Shown one piece after another: positions 1-9,787 of a stretch of 64,000 bases of DNA (the stretch's first letter is position 1; each line of letters opens with the position of its first letter). This DNA comes from Escherichia coli (lineage in GTDB: Bacteria; Pseudomonadota; Gammaproteobacteria; Enterobacterales; Enterobacteriaceae). Both the position numbers and the translations under genes were made by a program. The stretch lies in NCBI RefSeq assembly GCF_003018255.1, contig NZ_CP027440.1; one strand, given 5' to 3'. The notes under the pieces were generated by a model, which worked only from the letters and a program-made list of their open reading frames with translations, searched no databases and was not told the origin of the DNA.

Positions 1-759
1 CACGCCGGCTTTTTCGGCAAATGCGTGCGTCGCCTGCTGGCAATCCTGAGTGGCGGACATTAATCCAGCCAGTAACTGGTGGGAGTAATCGGCGTGTTTA
101 TTTTCCAGCGCCAGAATCAGTTGCTTAATATGTGCCAGTGCCACCGGACCACATTTTTCCAGCTGCGCTAACTGGTTCGCCATCCAGCTTTCCACCTGTT
201 CTTTTTCTACCACTTCATCAATTAAATTCGCCACCTGGGCTTCCTGCGCCGTCAGGCGTTTACCCAGCATCAGCATCTGGCGACCGACCACCGGGCCAAC
301 CTGATTAAGCACGCGTTCAATGCCCATCCAGCCAGGCACCATGCCGAGCATCACTTCCGGGTTAGAGAATTTCGCGCCGGGGCGAGCGATACGAATATCG
401 CAGCACAAGGCAAGTTCAATACCGCCACCGATGGTATGACCGTTGAGATTCGCAACGGTTAATTGGGGTAAGTTGCGCAGGCGATTAAAAACCTCGTTAC
501 CGCGTTTAATCCATTTTCTGCCCATATCTAATGGCGAATAGGCCGACCACGATTTAATATCGCCGCCCGCACAAAAGAATTTATCGCCGGTTGCCGTTAA
601 TTCGACTAATCGTAATGTGGTGTCGTTTTCAATTTCATTTAAATAATGGTCGAGAGATTCGATCATTTCTTCATTAATAGCATGACATTTATCTTCACGG
701 TTCAATGTCAGGCGGCAAGAAGCCGCCGCTCTGCTGAACAGAACGGGTTGGTCACTCAT
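1..759 (-). CDS. enoyl-CoA hydratase/isomerase (crotonase-fold) family protein; 3' end lies beyond the window edge
   Basis: Open minus-strand frame starting at ATG 757-759 (SD-like aggaa upstream) and running off coordinate 1; my manual translation begins MSDQPVLFSRAAASCRLTLNREDKCHAINEEMI and contains a crotonase-like oxyanion-hole region (HTIGGGIELALCCDIRIA). Not in the ORF track because no stop lies in the window. Confidence 0.65.
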   Translation of the reverse strand, partial: MSDQPVLFSRAAASCRLTLNREDKCHAINEEMIESLDHYLNEIENDTTLRLVELTATGDKFFCAGGDIKSWSAYSPLDMGRKWIKRGNEVFNRLRNLPQLTVANLNGHTIGGGIELALCCDIRIARPGAKFSNPEVMLGMVPGWMGIERVLNQVGPVVGRQMLMLGKRLTAQEAQVANLIDEVVEKEQVESWMANQLAQLEKCGPVALAHIKQLILALENKHADYSHQLLAGLMSATQDCQQATHAFAEKAGV

Positions 760-768
760 GATTATTCC

Positions 769-1611
769 TTAGCAATAATGTGCGATGCGATCGACGCTAA
801 TATCCAGCGTGCTGTTAATATCTTTCTGCCACCAGTACGGTGAGAATATTTCCAGTTCAATAGCGCCATTAAATCCGGCGTTTTCAACCAGCCGACGAAT
901 TGACGGAATATTGATGACACCATCTCCCGGCATTCCACGGTCATTGACCAGATCGGTGGTCGGCACTAACCAGTCGGAAACATGAAACGCGAGGATGCGT
1001 TTTCCGGCACGCAGGATCTGACTGGCGAGATCCGGGTCCCACCAGACATGGTAGACATCTACCGCCACGCCGAGGCCAAATTCGCCATCGGGATCGAGTT
1101 CATCACACCAGTCCAGCGCCTGACGTAACGTGCACAGACAAGAACGATCGGCAGCAGTCATCGGGTGCAGTGGCTCCAGTGCAATTGGCACGCCGACCTC
1201 TTTCGAATGTGGCAGCAACTGGCGAATCCCTTGTTTCACCTGTTCCCGTGCTTCGTACAGATCTTTTGTTCCCATTGGCAGACCGCCAACCACCTGCATG
1301 TAACAGGCGGCATTTAGCACAGCGGCATCGTCCAGCGCCCGGCGGTTATCATCAATCGCCAGCTTGCGCTCCGCCAGCGTCGGTGCGGTGTAGTAGGTGC
1401 TACGGCACAAACCGGAAACGTTTATGTTACTGGCAGCAAGCTGGCGGGCGATTTGCTGGAGATCTTCACCCTGCAACTCCCTGCGCCAGGGGGCAATGGC
1501 GCCAATACCGCGTGCGGCGCAGGCATCAATAATGGCGGGTAGCGGCGTTTTATAGCCCAGTGTCGCGGTATTGATACTGAATAAATCCGGGCGTTGTAAC
1601 AGATCTCTCAT
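769..1611 (-). CDS. sugar phosphate isomerase/epimerase-like protein (xylose-isomerase-like TIM barrel)
   Basis: 280-aa ORF; family call from overall sequence character (my recognition, no search). Start ATG preceded by gagg SD; separated by about 10 bp from the SDR gene upstream and the crotonase gene downstream (operon). Confidence 0.6.
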   Translation of the reverse strand: MRDLLQRPDLFSINTATLGYKTPLPAIIDACAARGIGAIAPWRRELQGEDLQQIARQLAASNINVSGLCRSTYYTAPTLAERKLAIDDNRRALDDAAVLNAACYMQVVGGLPMGTKDLYEAREQVKQGIRQLLPHSKEVGVPIALEPLHPMTAADRSCLCTLRQALDWCDELDPDGEFGLGVAVDVYHVWWDPDLASQILRAGKRILAFHVSDWLVPTTDLVNDRGMPGDGVINIPSIRRLVENAGFNGAIELEIFSPYWWQKDINSTLDISVDRIAHYC

Positions 1612-1620
1612 GATTCAGCC

Positions 1621-2412
1621 TCAGAAGCGCGGCATACTTAAGCCGCCGTCGATGGCGACCGCCTGACCACAGGTGTAAATCAGTTTACCTTCCGCCATCG
1701 CGCGGACAGTGGAAGCAATATCAGCCGGATAACCCCAACGTCCCCACGGCACCAGACCTTTGGCAATCAGTTCGTCGTAATAGGCCGTTGCCGGAATAGT
1801 CATATCGGTTTTGATGAGACCAGGACGCACTTCATATACGCCAATTTGTTCATTACAAAGGCGAGCAGCAAATAGACGAGCAGCGGCAGAGACGGCAGTT
1901 TTGGCAATGGTATATTCGCCGCGATTCATCGCCAGCATGATGGCGTTGATGGAACTGACGAAAATAATCGAGCGGTGCGGCAGTTCTGCTTCCGGTTTCG
2001 GCTGTGCCAGTAAGCGCTTACTGAATGCCTGAGCGAGGAAGAACGGTGCGCGGGTGTTAATGGCAATATTTTGGTCGAAGCTGTCTGGTTCGAGGTCGAG
2101 AAGATCACCGCGTTTTTTCACTGAAATGCCTGCGTTGTTGAGCAGGCAGTCCAGACGTCCCCACTGGTTTTGCGCTGCGTCGAGCATCTCTTCATGCAGG
2201 GAGAGATCGCCCACATCAGCAGGGAAGCAAATCACTTCCACGCCTTCCGCCAGACATTCTTGTTGTGTGGCATGTAATTTTTCTACGCTATCCGCATCCG
2301 GACGATCATTAATCAGCAGATTAAATCCGCCACGCGCAAGCTCCAGCGCACAGCCCTTTCCAATACCACGAGCGGCTCCGGTAATCACGGCAACAGGAAG
2401 AGTGGATTTCAT
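1621..2412 (-). CDS. short-chain dehydrogenase/reductase (SDR) family oxidoreductase
   Basis: 263-aa ORF with N-terminal TGAARGIG cofactor motif and YTIAK catalytic Y-x3-K motif; first gene of a 3-gene minus-strand operon. Confidence 0.8.
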   Translation of the reverse strand: MKSTLPVAVITGAARGIGKGCALELARGGFNLLINDRPDADSVEKLHATQQECLAEGVEVICFPADVGDLSLHEEMLDAAQNQWGRLDCLLNNAGISVKKRGDLLDLEPDSFDQNIAINTRAPFFLAQAFSKRLLAQPKPEAELPHRSIIFVSSINAIMLAMNRGEYTIAKTAVSAAARLFAARLCNEQIGVYEVRPGLIKTDMTIPATAYYDELIAKGLVPWGRWGYPADIASTVRAMAEGKLIYTCGQAVAIDGGLSMPRF

Positions 2413-2624
2413 ACAATAGCTCTCTTTTTTTGAATTTTGTTTCCTTAGTGATGATTAGCTTGCGACTGGAGGGTAAAAAGATCAACCATCTAGTTGGTTG
2501 ATATGCGATGGCGATCACAGGACATTTGATAACCTGATGAAAGTACAAGTTTTTGCCCTTTTTTCTGAAGCTGAAATCAAATCAGGTTATGATAGTCACC
2601 ACGAAGAGGTCGTGGGGAAGCGTT

Positions 2625-3272
2625 ATGTATCTTGATACCAGCAACGTACAGAGCCTGAAAGAAAAGCTGCTGTTATGCGCGGTTAATGAATTTGCCGAAT
2701 ATGGTTACGAAGGGGCCAGAGTCGATAATATCGTCAAGGCCGCGGGGTGCAGTAAACAGACGGTTTATCACCACTTTGGTAATAAAGAAAATTTATTTAT
2801 CGAAGTACTGGAATATACCTGGAACGATATTCGACAAAAAGAAAAGGCCCTTGATTTCTCAGATCTTCCGCCACAGAAAGCCATTGAGAAAATAATCGAT
2901 TTTACATGGGATTATTATATTTCTAATCCCTGGTTTTTAAAAATTGTGCATAGTGAAAATCAAAGTAAGGGTGTGCATTATGCAAAGTCACAGCGTCTTT
3001 TAGAAATTAACCATGCGCACTTGCAGTTAATGGAATCCTTATTGGATGAAGGGAAGAAAAACAATATTTTTAAGCCAGATATCGACCCATTGCAGGTGAA
3101 TATTAATATTGCTGCGCTTGGGGGATATTATTTGATCAACCAGCATACGCTTGGTCTGGTTTATCACATCAGTATGGTTTCACCCCAGGCACTGGAAGCC
3201 AGACGTAAGGTCATCAAAGAGACAATCCTTAGCTGGCTTTTGGTTGACCCTTCATCTACCGCGCGCGAATAA
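2625..3272 (+). CDS. TetR/AcrR family transcriptional regulator
   Basis: ORF track frame 2553..3272; N-terminal HTH typical of TetR ([37 protein letters not shown]). I prefer ATG at 2625 (gggaag SD-like upstream) over the ORF-track start; divergent from the SDR operon. Confidence 0.75.
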   Translation: MYLDTSNVQSLKEKLLLCAVNEFAEYGYEGARVDNIVKAAGCSKQTVYHHFGNKENLFIEVLEYTWNDIRQKEKALDFSDLPPQKAIEKIIDFTWDYYISNPWFLKIVHSENQSKGVHYAKSQRLLEINHAHLQLMESLLDEGKKNNIFKPDIDPLQVNINIAALGGYYLINQHTLGLVYHISMVSPQALEARRKVIKETILSWLLVDPSSTARE

Positions 3273-3894
3273 AACTGCCATCCGGCTGGCGGGTAAACAG
3301 GACCTGTTGATTATTCCCCGTATCAATGGTTAAGCCCGTCACCACGCCGCTGGCGTTCTGGCGGATTTTCACCATCTGCCCGTTTTGCAAATTACTCAGT
3401 GGCTTATCCGCGCCTTCTACCTGCGCCATGGCATAGACATCGGTAGCGGGCAGTCCGTGGTCGCGGAACAGCTGCGCCATCGTTTTACCGGGTTCGACAC
3501 GATAGGAGCGCCATTGATTATCAATTCCGCTATCTGGCTGGAATGGTTGCGTATGGGTGGTTTGCGGCTGCTCTTCTGGCTGGCCTTCCTGTATTGGTTC
3601 TGGAGCGACCGGAGCCACCTGATCAGGATCATTTTGTGGCGTGACTAATTGCGCCCGCAGCTGTTCTTCTGTCGGTGGTTGTGATTGCGACTGAATATCT
3701 AACTGCGCTTCACGCGTCACCACCGGCGCGTTGGGCGTATCATCAGATGGAAGCAGAAATCCGACTACCAATACAATGGCGGCAATAATGATCCCCCGAC
3801 GATGCATCGGCGGCAGCGGGTCCATGAAGCGAAAATTGTCCGGCGCGTGCCAGACTTTCTCCAGGGTTGGTTTTAGTTCAAAGCGCCCGGGCAT
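3256..3894 (-). CDS. ytfB: cell-division protein YtfB (OapA/LysM-like domain)
   Basis: ORF 3256..3930; internal ATG at 3894 gives about 212 aa matching remembered YtfB length; membrane anchor plus Pro/Gln-rich linker plus C-terminal OapA-like domain. Confidence 0.8.
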   Translation of the reverse strand: MPGRFELKPTLEKVWHAPDNFRFMDPLPPMHRRGIIIAAIVLVVGFLLPSDDTPNAPVVTREAQLDIQSQSQPPTEEQLRAQLVTPQNDPDQVAPVAPEPIQEGQPEEQPQTTHTQPFQPDSGIDNQWRSYRVEPGKTMAQLFRDHGLPATDVYAMAQVEGADKPLSNLQNGQMVKIRQNASGVVTGLTIDTGNNQQVLFTRQPDGSFIRAR

Positions 3895-4111
3895 GGTTTC
3901 CTCCTGCTCCGCGTCTTGTTCCTCAATCATAGCCTATGAATAAGCTAACGCTATGATGTCCGTGGTAAACCCGCCTTTATTATATTCATACGGGATATTG
4001 CTATTGTTTCTTTTTCCCCGGGATTTGTCATCATTCCCGCGACAAAGTTTTACCCAAAGAAGTGTGGCTGATATGCTGCCCGCTACTTTATACCCTAAGA
4101 AAGGAAATACG

Positions 4112-4732
4112 ATGACCACCCCAACTTTTGACACCATCGAAGCGCAAGCAAGCTACGGCATTGGTTTGCAGGTAGGGCAACAACTGAGTGAATCTGGCCT
4201 GGAAGGGCTGCTGCCAGAAGCACTGGTTGCAGGCATTGCCGATGCGCTGGAAGGCAAACATCCGGCTGTTCCGGTTGATGTGGTGCACCGCGCGCTGCGT
4301 GAAATCCACGAACGCGCCGATGCCGTTCGTCGTCAGCGTTTCCAGGCGATGGCTGCTGAAGGTGTGAAATACCTGGAAGAAAACGCCAAAAAAGAAGGTG
4401 TAAATAGCACCGAATCTGGCCTGCAATTCCGCGTGATCAACCAGGGCGAAGGCGCAATTCCGGCACGTACCGACCGCGTTCGTGTTCATTACACCGGAAA
4501 ACTGATCGACGGCACCGTGTTTGACAGCTCCGTTGCTCGCGGCGAGCCAGCTGAATTCCCGGTTAACGGCGTGATCCCTGGCTGGATTGAAGCACTGACT
4601 CTGATGCCGGTAGGTTCTAAATGGGAACTGACTATCCCGCAGGAACTGGCATATGGCGAGCGTGGCGCAGGCGCGTCCATCCCTCCGTTCAGCACCCTGG
4701 TGTTTGAAGTCGAACTGCTGGAAATCCTCTAA
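4112..4732 (+). CDS. fklB: FKBP-type peptidyl-prolyl cis-trans isomerase FklB
   Basis: ORF track frame 3953..4732; true start [18 protein letters not shown] at 4112 preceded by aaggaaa SD; 206 aa; FKBP domain at C-terminus. Confidence 0.9.
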
Positions 4733-5040
4733 GCAGCGCATTCTGTTCCCCTCGAACCAGAGGGGAGCAGACATTCAGCAATAAACCCTTCAGTTTGCCA
4801 AACGGCGCTATTTTGTGTTGCAAAGACCCCGTAAGCGTGTATTTTTGTGAGCTGTTTCGCGTTATCACCGTGATATGACACTCACTTTAAACATAAAATT
4901 AACATTAGATCTAAATCTTAGTATTCATACCGCGTATTGTTACCTAATATCGATGAGTCCCGATACAGATTCGTCGTATCATAGACTGACTAAAGGCCGT
5001 AGAGCCTGAACAACACAGACAGGTACAGGAAGAAAAAAAC

Positions 5041-6453
5041 ATGGTAGATCAGGTAAAAGTCGTTGCCGATGATCAGGCTCCGGCTGAACAGTCGCTACGG
5101 CGCAATCTCACAAACCGACATATTCAGCTTATTGCCATTGGCGGTGCCATTGGTACAGGGTTGTTTATGGGGTCCGGCAAAACGATTAGCCTTGCCGGGC
5201 CGTCGATCATTTTCGTTTATATGATCATCGGTTTTATGCTCTTTTTCGTGATGCGGGCAATGGGGGAATTGCTGCTTTCGAATCTGGAATACAAATCTTT
5301 TAGTGACTTCGCTTCCGATTTACTCGGGCCGTGGGCAGGATATTTCACCGGCTGGACCTACTGGTTCTGCTGGGTTGTAACCGGTATGGCAGACGTGGTG
5401 GCGATCACGGCTTATGCTCAGTTCTGGTTCCCCGATCTCTCCGACTGGGTCGCCTCGCTGGCGGTGATAGTGCTGCTGCTGACGCTTAACCTCGCCACCG
5501 TGAAAATGTTCGGTGAGATGGAGTTCTGGTTTGCGATGATCAAAATCGTCGCCATTGTGTCGCTGATAGTCGTCGGCCTGGTCATGGTGGCGATGCACTT
5601 TCAGTCACCGACCGGTGTGGAAGCGTCATTCGCGCATTTGTGGAATGATGGCGGCTGGTTCCCGAAAGGTTTAAGTGGCTTCTTTGCCGGATTCCAGATA
5701 GCGGTTTTCGCTTTCGTGGGGATTGAGCTGGTAGGTACAACAGCTGCGGAAACCAAAGATCCAGAGAAATCACTGCCACGCGCGATTAACTCCATTCCGA
5801 TCCGTATCATTATGTTCTACGTCTTCGCGCTGATTGTGATTATGTCCGTGACGCCGTGGAGTTCGGTAGTCCCGGAGAAAAGCCCGTTCGTTGAACTGTT
5901 TGTGTTGGTAGGTTTGCCTGCGGCTGCCAGCGTGATCAACTTTGTGGTGCTGACCTCTGCGGCGTCTTCCGCTAACAGCGGTGTCTTCTCTACCAGCCGT
6001 ATGCTGTTTGGTCTGGCCCAGGAAGGTGTGGCACCGAAAGCGTTCGCTAAACTCTCTAAGCGCGCAGTACCCGCGAAAGGGCTGACCTTCTCTTGTATCT
6101 GTCTGCTCGGCGGCGTGGTGATGTTGTATGTGAATCCCAGCGTGATTGGCGCGTTCACGATGATTACAACCGTTTCCGCGATTCTGTTTATGTTTGTCTG
6201 GACGATTATCCTTTGCTCGTACCTGGTGTATCGCAAACAGCGTCCTCATCTGCATGAGAAGTCGATCTACAAGATGCCACTCGGCAAGCTGATGTGCTGG
6301 GTATGTATGGCGTTCTTTGTGTTTGTTCTGGTGTTGTTGACACTGGAAGATGACACCCGCCAGGCGCTGCTGGTTACCCCGCTGTGGTTTATCGCGCTGG
6401 GGCTGGGCTGGCTGTTTATTGGTAAGAAGCGGGCTGCTGAACTGCGGAAATAA
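5041..6453 (+). CDS. cycA: D-serine/D-alanine/glycine:H+ symporter CycA (APC family)
   Basis: 470-aa polytopic membrane ORF, recognised as CycA. Confidence 0.9.
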   Translation: MVDQVKVVADDQAPAEQSLRRNLTNRHIQLIAIGGAIGTGLFMGSGKTISLAGPSIIFVYMIIGFMLFFVMRAMGELLLSNLEYKSFSDFASDLLGPWAGYFTGWTYWFCWVVTGMADVVAITAYAQFWFPDLSDWVASLAVIVLLLTLNLATVKMFGEMEFWFAMIKIVAIVSLIVVGLVMVAMHFQSPTGVEASFAHLWNDGGWFPKGLSGFFAGFQIAVFAFVGIELVGTTAAETKDPEKSLPRAINSIPIRIIMFYVFALIVIMSVTPWSSVVPEKSPFVELFVLVGLPAAASVINFVVLTSAASSANSGVFSTSRMLFGLAQEGVAPKAFAKLSKRAVPAKGLTFSCICLLGGVVMLYVNPSVIGAFTMITTVSAILFMFVWTIILCSYLVYRKQRPHLHEKSIYKMPLGKLMCWVCMAFFVFVLVLLTLEDDTRQALLVTPLWFIALGLGWLFIGKKRAAELRK

Positions 6454-6465
6454 TCGCATTATCAT

Positions 6466-6494
6466 GCTGGATGGCGCAATGCCATCCAGCTTTT
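6466..6494 (+). terminator. intrinsic terminator after cycA
   Basis: GCTGGATGGC-gcaat-GCCATCCAGC perfect 10-bp stem followed by TTTT. Confidence 0.7.
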
Positions 6495-6497
6495 AGA

Positions 6498-7160
6498 TCA
6501 CTCACCCGCCAGCGCGCGCGGGAATAGTACATTGTTTTCCAGACTGATGTGCTCCATCAGGTCATCAATCAGTTCATTAATGCCGTTATACATCGCTTTC
6601 CAGGTGGTGCAGGCTTCCGGCGGCGGTGTGACGTTATTGGTGGTGTGTTTGATCACTTCCAGCAGTTCGCCCGCTTCATCGTGCTCGCTTTCCATTACGC
6701 TGATTGGCCCCATTGCCTGGCTGCCCATGCCTTGTTTAATCATCGGGAAGAGAATTTGCTCTTCTTTCATCATGTGGCTGGAAAGCTCTTCATGCAGCAT
6801 AGTCAGGTATTTTGTCAGCCCTTTTGGCACACTTGGTTTGTCGGCGTGAACGCGCTCGACTTTAGTCGCTTGCAGGATCAGCTCCGGCAGTTGCTCGCGG
6901 TGGCGATCGTGGTAGCGCACGATGATATGGTCGATGATTTCTGCCAGCGGGGCGCTACGCCAGTCTTTCTCAATCGGTTGTTCAGCAAGCTTTGCCAGTT
7001 CGGCTTCAATGACGTCAACATCCAGTTCTTTACGTGCCGCCGCGCGCGCCAGCGTCTGCTTACCGCCACAGCAGTAATCCATATCATATTTACGAAACAG
7101 AGCCGAAGCGCGAGGAATAGAGAGCGCCAGTTCACCTAAAGGTTGGTCGCGATAAGCCAT
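6498..7160 (-). CDS. ytfE: iron-sulfur cluster repair di-iron protein YtfE (RIC)
   Basis: 220-aa ORF with hemerythrin-like His/Glu motifs; recognised as YtfE. Confidence 0.9.
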   Translation of the reverse strand: MAYRDQPLGELALSIPRASALFRKYDMDYCCGGKQTLARAAARKELDVDVIEAELAKLAEQPIEKDWRSAPLAEIIDHIIVRYHDRHREQLPELILQATKVERVHADKPSVPKGLTKYLTMLHEELSSHMMKEEQILFPMIKQGMGSQAMGPISVMESEHDEAGELLEVIKHTTNNVTPPPEACTTWKAMYNGINELIDDLMEHISLENNVLFPRALAGE

Positions 7161-7186
7161 AGCTGATACCTCATTCTTAATAAGAT

Positions 7187-7209
7187 AAGATGCATTTTAA
7201 ATGCATCTT
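7187..7209 (-). promoter_or_regulatory. NsrR operator (11-1-11 palindrome) in the ytfE promoter
   Basis: AAGATGCATTT-T-AAATGCATCTT, perfect inverted repeat 27-49 bp upstream of the ytfE start codon; matches the NsrR binding motif as I remember it. Confidence 0.8.
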
Positions 7210-7267
7210 TATGGCAAATGCTATAACCCTTACGTAGCAGAGGCTTATTTAACTCACTGCCAGCGTG

Positions 7268-8242
7268 TCAACTTTCTGAGACAGATTCAGTTAAAGGTTT
7301 TTCTGGTTTTGCTCTGACTGCAATGACCACGCCAACCACTAACAGCGCGATACCGCTTAGCGTCATTAGCGGCGGCATTTGCTGGCGTAACAAAAAGGTG
7401 TACAGCAAGCCTGCCAGCGTTTCGAAAACAATCAGCGGCCCGAGAATCACTGTCGGTAATCGCTGGCTGGCGACGTTCCAGCAGAGTGCGCCAACCCATG
7501 AGCAAAGCACGGCTATCGCAACCATCAGACTAATAAACACCAGCGGACGGGGGCCAAAGGGTAGGGAGAAGCCCGGCGTTTGCGTATTCAGCCAGTAACA
7601 GGCGACGAGATAGCCGATGAGAGAAACCGGCAGCGTGACCAGCGCCTGCGCCGTCGCCCACATCATCGGATGTTTGTCGGGATTCTCCCGCAGCCAGCGG
7701 GCGTTGCGCAGGGCATACCATGCCCAGCAGACCACGGAAACTAACGCCAGCACGATGCCAGAGGTATAACGTGCCCAGTCAAAATCGGGGAGTCCGTGGT
7801 TTAACTCAGCAATATTCACACACGCCAGGCCGATGCCAATACAAACCAGTGCCGGGGCGAGTTTTCCCCACGCGAGTTTGCCGTCGCGCTGGCTATAAAG
7901 CAGATTGGCAAAAACGGGAATCACCACCGGCAGGGTGCCAATAATCATCGTGGAAACAGGCGCGCCAGTACGTTGAATGGCACTGGCAAGGCAGAAGTAA
8001 TAGATGAGGTTGCCCATCATGGTGAGCATCAAGGCGGTAAGCCAGTCGCGACGCGCCAACTGACGCAGACGCACGCGTCCCAGCCAGGCAATGGGCAGCG
8101 CAATTAACCCTAACGCCAGATAACGCCCCATCGACTGCAACATCGCCGGGTATTCCGGCACGATCAACGGCCCGACAAAAATAAGCCCCCACATCAACCC
8201 TGCTAACAGGGCGTACAGCACGCCGCTAATCATTACTGGCAT
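7268..8242 (-). CDS. ytfF: DMT-superfamily inner-membrane transporter YtfF
   Basis: 324-aa hydrophobic ORF; true start may be the internal ATG at 8233 (remembered length about 321 aa). Confidence 0.75.
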   Translation of the reverse strand: MPVMISGVLYALLAGLMWGLIFVGPLIVPEYPAMLQSMGRYLALGLIALPIAWLGRVRLRQLARRDWLTALMLTMMGNLIYYFCLASAIQRTGAPVSTMIIGTLPVVIPVFANLLYSQRDGKLAWGKLAPALVCIGIGLACVNIAELNHGLPDFDWARYTSGIVLALVSVVCWAWYALRNARWLRENPDKHPMMWATAQALVTLPVSLIGYLVACYWLNTQTPGFSLPFGPRPLVFISLMVAIAVLCSWVGALCWNVASQRLPTVILGPLIVFETLAGLLYTFLLRQQMPPLMTLSGIALLVVGVVIAVRAKPEKPLTESVSES

Positions 8243-8340
8243 CCATTGGTCTGTCAGAAGAAAGTTCAGGAAGCAGACATGATTGCTCCCGGCATCCCGT
8301 CATTATCAGAGAGGATGCGGGAGGATGCCACTTTAATTAA

Positions 8341-9201
8341 CTAGTTATTAACATTAAAAAGATGGCTTACGCTTTCGGCTAACGTTGTCGTTGGGCGGCC
8401 AATCAATTTGCTAAGCGTTTTGCTGTCATCAAACAGACCGCCTTTCGATGCGCCAACGTCAGAATCCGCCAGCATATCCGCCAGTCCATCAGGCAGTCCG
8501 ACGCTTTTCAGTGCCGCAGCGAAATCAGCTTCGCTCAGGTTTTGATAGGTAACCTGTTTGCCGCTCTGTTTGGTGAGTTCTGCCGCTAACTGTGTCAGCG
8601 TCCAGGCACTATCGCCCGCCAGTTCGTAAACCTTGCCTTCGTGACCGGCTTCGCTAATCACGCGTGCCGCAGCTACCGCATAATCAGCCCGCGTTGCTGA
8701 GGCAATTTTGCCATCGCCTGCGGCACCGATAAATACGCCGTGCTCCAGTGCTGCCGGGGCGCTGGCGAGGTAGTTTTCGGTGTACCAGCCGTTGCGCAGC
8801 AGGGTGTAAACGATGCCAGAATCAGCCAGCATTTTCTCCGTCTCGATGTGCTCATCGGCGAGGCCGAGCGGGGAGGAATCGGCATGTAGCAGGCTGGTAT
8901 AAGCGATAAATTTCACGCCGGCCGCCTTTGCGGCATTAATAACATTACGATGCTGCGGGGCACGTTGACCCACTTCGCTGGAAGAGATCAGCAGTAGTTT
9001 TTCCACTCCCTGAAGTGCAGATGTCAGTGCGGCTTCATCGCCGTAATCAGCCTGACGCACGGTAATGCCTTGTGCTGTCAGTGCCTGTGCTTTTGCCGGA
9101 TTACGAACGATAGCCACTATTTGGCTGGCAGGAACCGTTTTCATCAAGGATTCAATAACATAGTGACCAAGTTGGCCAGTGGCACCAGTAATAGCGATCA
9201 T
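8341..9201 (-). CDS. qorB: NAD(P)H:quinone oxidoreductase QorB (YtfG), NmrA-like
   Basis: 286-aa ORF starting MIAITGATGQLG (Rossmann motif). Confidence 0.85.
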   Translation of the reverse strand: MIAITGATGQLGHYVIESLMKTVPASQIVAIVRNPAKAQALTAQGITVRQADYGDEAALTSALQGVEKLLLISSSEVGQRAPQHRNVINAAKAAGVKFIAYTSLLHADSSPLGLADEHIETEKMLADSGIVYTLLRNGWYTENYLASAPAALEHGVFIGAAGDGKIASATRADYAVAAARVISEAGHEGKVYELAGDSAWTLTQLAAELTKQSGKQVTYQNLSEADFAAALKSVGLPDGLADMLADSDVGASKGGLFDDSKTLSKLIGRPTTTLAESVSHLFNVNN

Positions 9202-9249
9202 GGGAAGTCTCCATCGTTTTGTCTTGTGTTTAAATACGCTAACACTTAA

Positions 9250-9266
9250 ACTTACTTTTAGTAAGT
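9250..9266. promoter_or_regulatory. 7-3-7 inverted repeat in the qorB/ytfH divergent promoter region (candidate YtfH operator)
   Basis: ACTTACT-TTT-AGTAAGT perfect palindrome between the divergent qorB and ytfH starts. Confidence 0.4.
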
Positions 9267-9289
9267 ACGTACAAAAAGGTAAGTATGAG

Positions 9290-9670
9290 ATGAGTCAGGT
9301 TAGCCTGTCGCAACAACTGAAAGAGGGAAATCTCTTCGCTGAACAGTGTCCGTCGCGCGAGGTTTTGAAACACGTCACCAGCCGTTGGGGGGTGTTGATT
9401 CTGGTGGCGCTACGCGAAGGTACTCATCGCTTTAGCGACCTGCGGCGCAAAATCGGCGGGGTGAGTGAAAAGATGCTTGCGCAGTCGTTACAGGCGCTAG
9501 AGCAGGATGGTTTTCTTAACCGTATCGCGTATCCGGTAACGCCGCCGCATGTGGAATATAGCCTCACGCCGCTGGGCGAGCAGGTGAGCGAAAAGGTTGC
9601 TGCACTGGCGGACTGGATTGAGTTGAATTTGCCCGAGGTGTTGGCGGTGCGGGATGAACGTGCGGCGTAG
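9290..9670 (+). CDS. ytfH: HxlR-family transcriptional regulator YtfH
   Basis: ORF track frame 9179..9670; start MSQVSLSQQ at 9290 gives 126 aa; winged-helix HxlR-like. Confidence 0.8.
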   Translation: MSQVSLSQQLKEGNLFAEQCPSREVLKHVTSRWGVLILVALREGTHRFSDLRRKIGGVSEKMLAQSLQALEQDGFLNRIAYPVTPPHVEYSLTPLGEQVSEKVAALADWIELNLPEVLAVRDERAA

Positions 9671-9672
9671 CT

Positions 9673-9756
9673 GCAGGATGCGCGGCCTACGGTGTATGAC
9701 TTGTAGGGCGGATAAGATGCGTCATCATCGCATCCGCCAATAAATGCCGGATGCGG
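9673..9756. repeat. REP/BIME-type palindromic repeats between convergent ytfH and cpdB
   Basis: GTAGG(G/C)CGGATAAG...CGCATCCGCC and GCCGGATGCGG motifs typical of REP elements. Confidence 0.6.
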
Positions 9757-9787
9757 TTGATGATTTGCAGGCCGAAAAAGAAGTGTA

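Noticed and set aside
4088-4774. 228-aa minus-strand ORF
   Set aside because: Antisense to fklB, whose FKBP domain is unambiguous.
6549-7139. 196-aa plus-strand ORF
   Set aside because: Antisense to ytfE (hemerythrin-like RIC protein is the real gene).
8250-8340. Imperfect hairpin CTCCCGGCATCC...GGATGCGGGAG downstream of qorB
   Set aside because: Imperfect stem and no U-tract; could be a weak terminator or REP-like fragment but the evidence is too thin to annotate.
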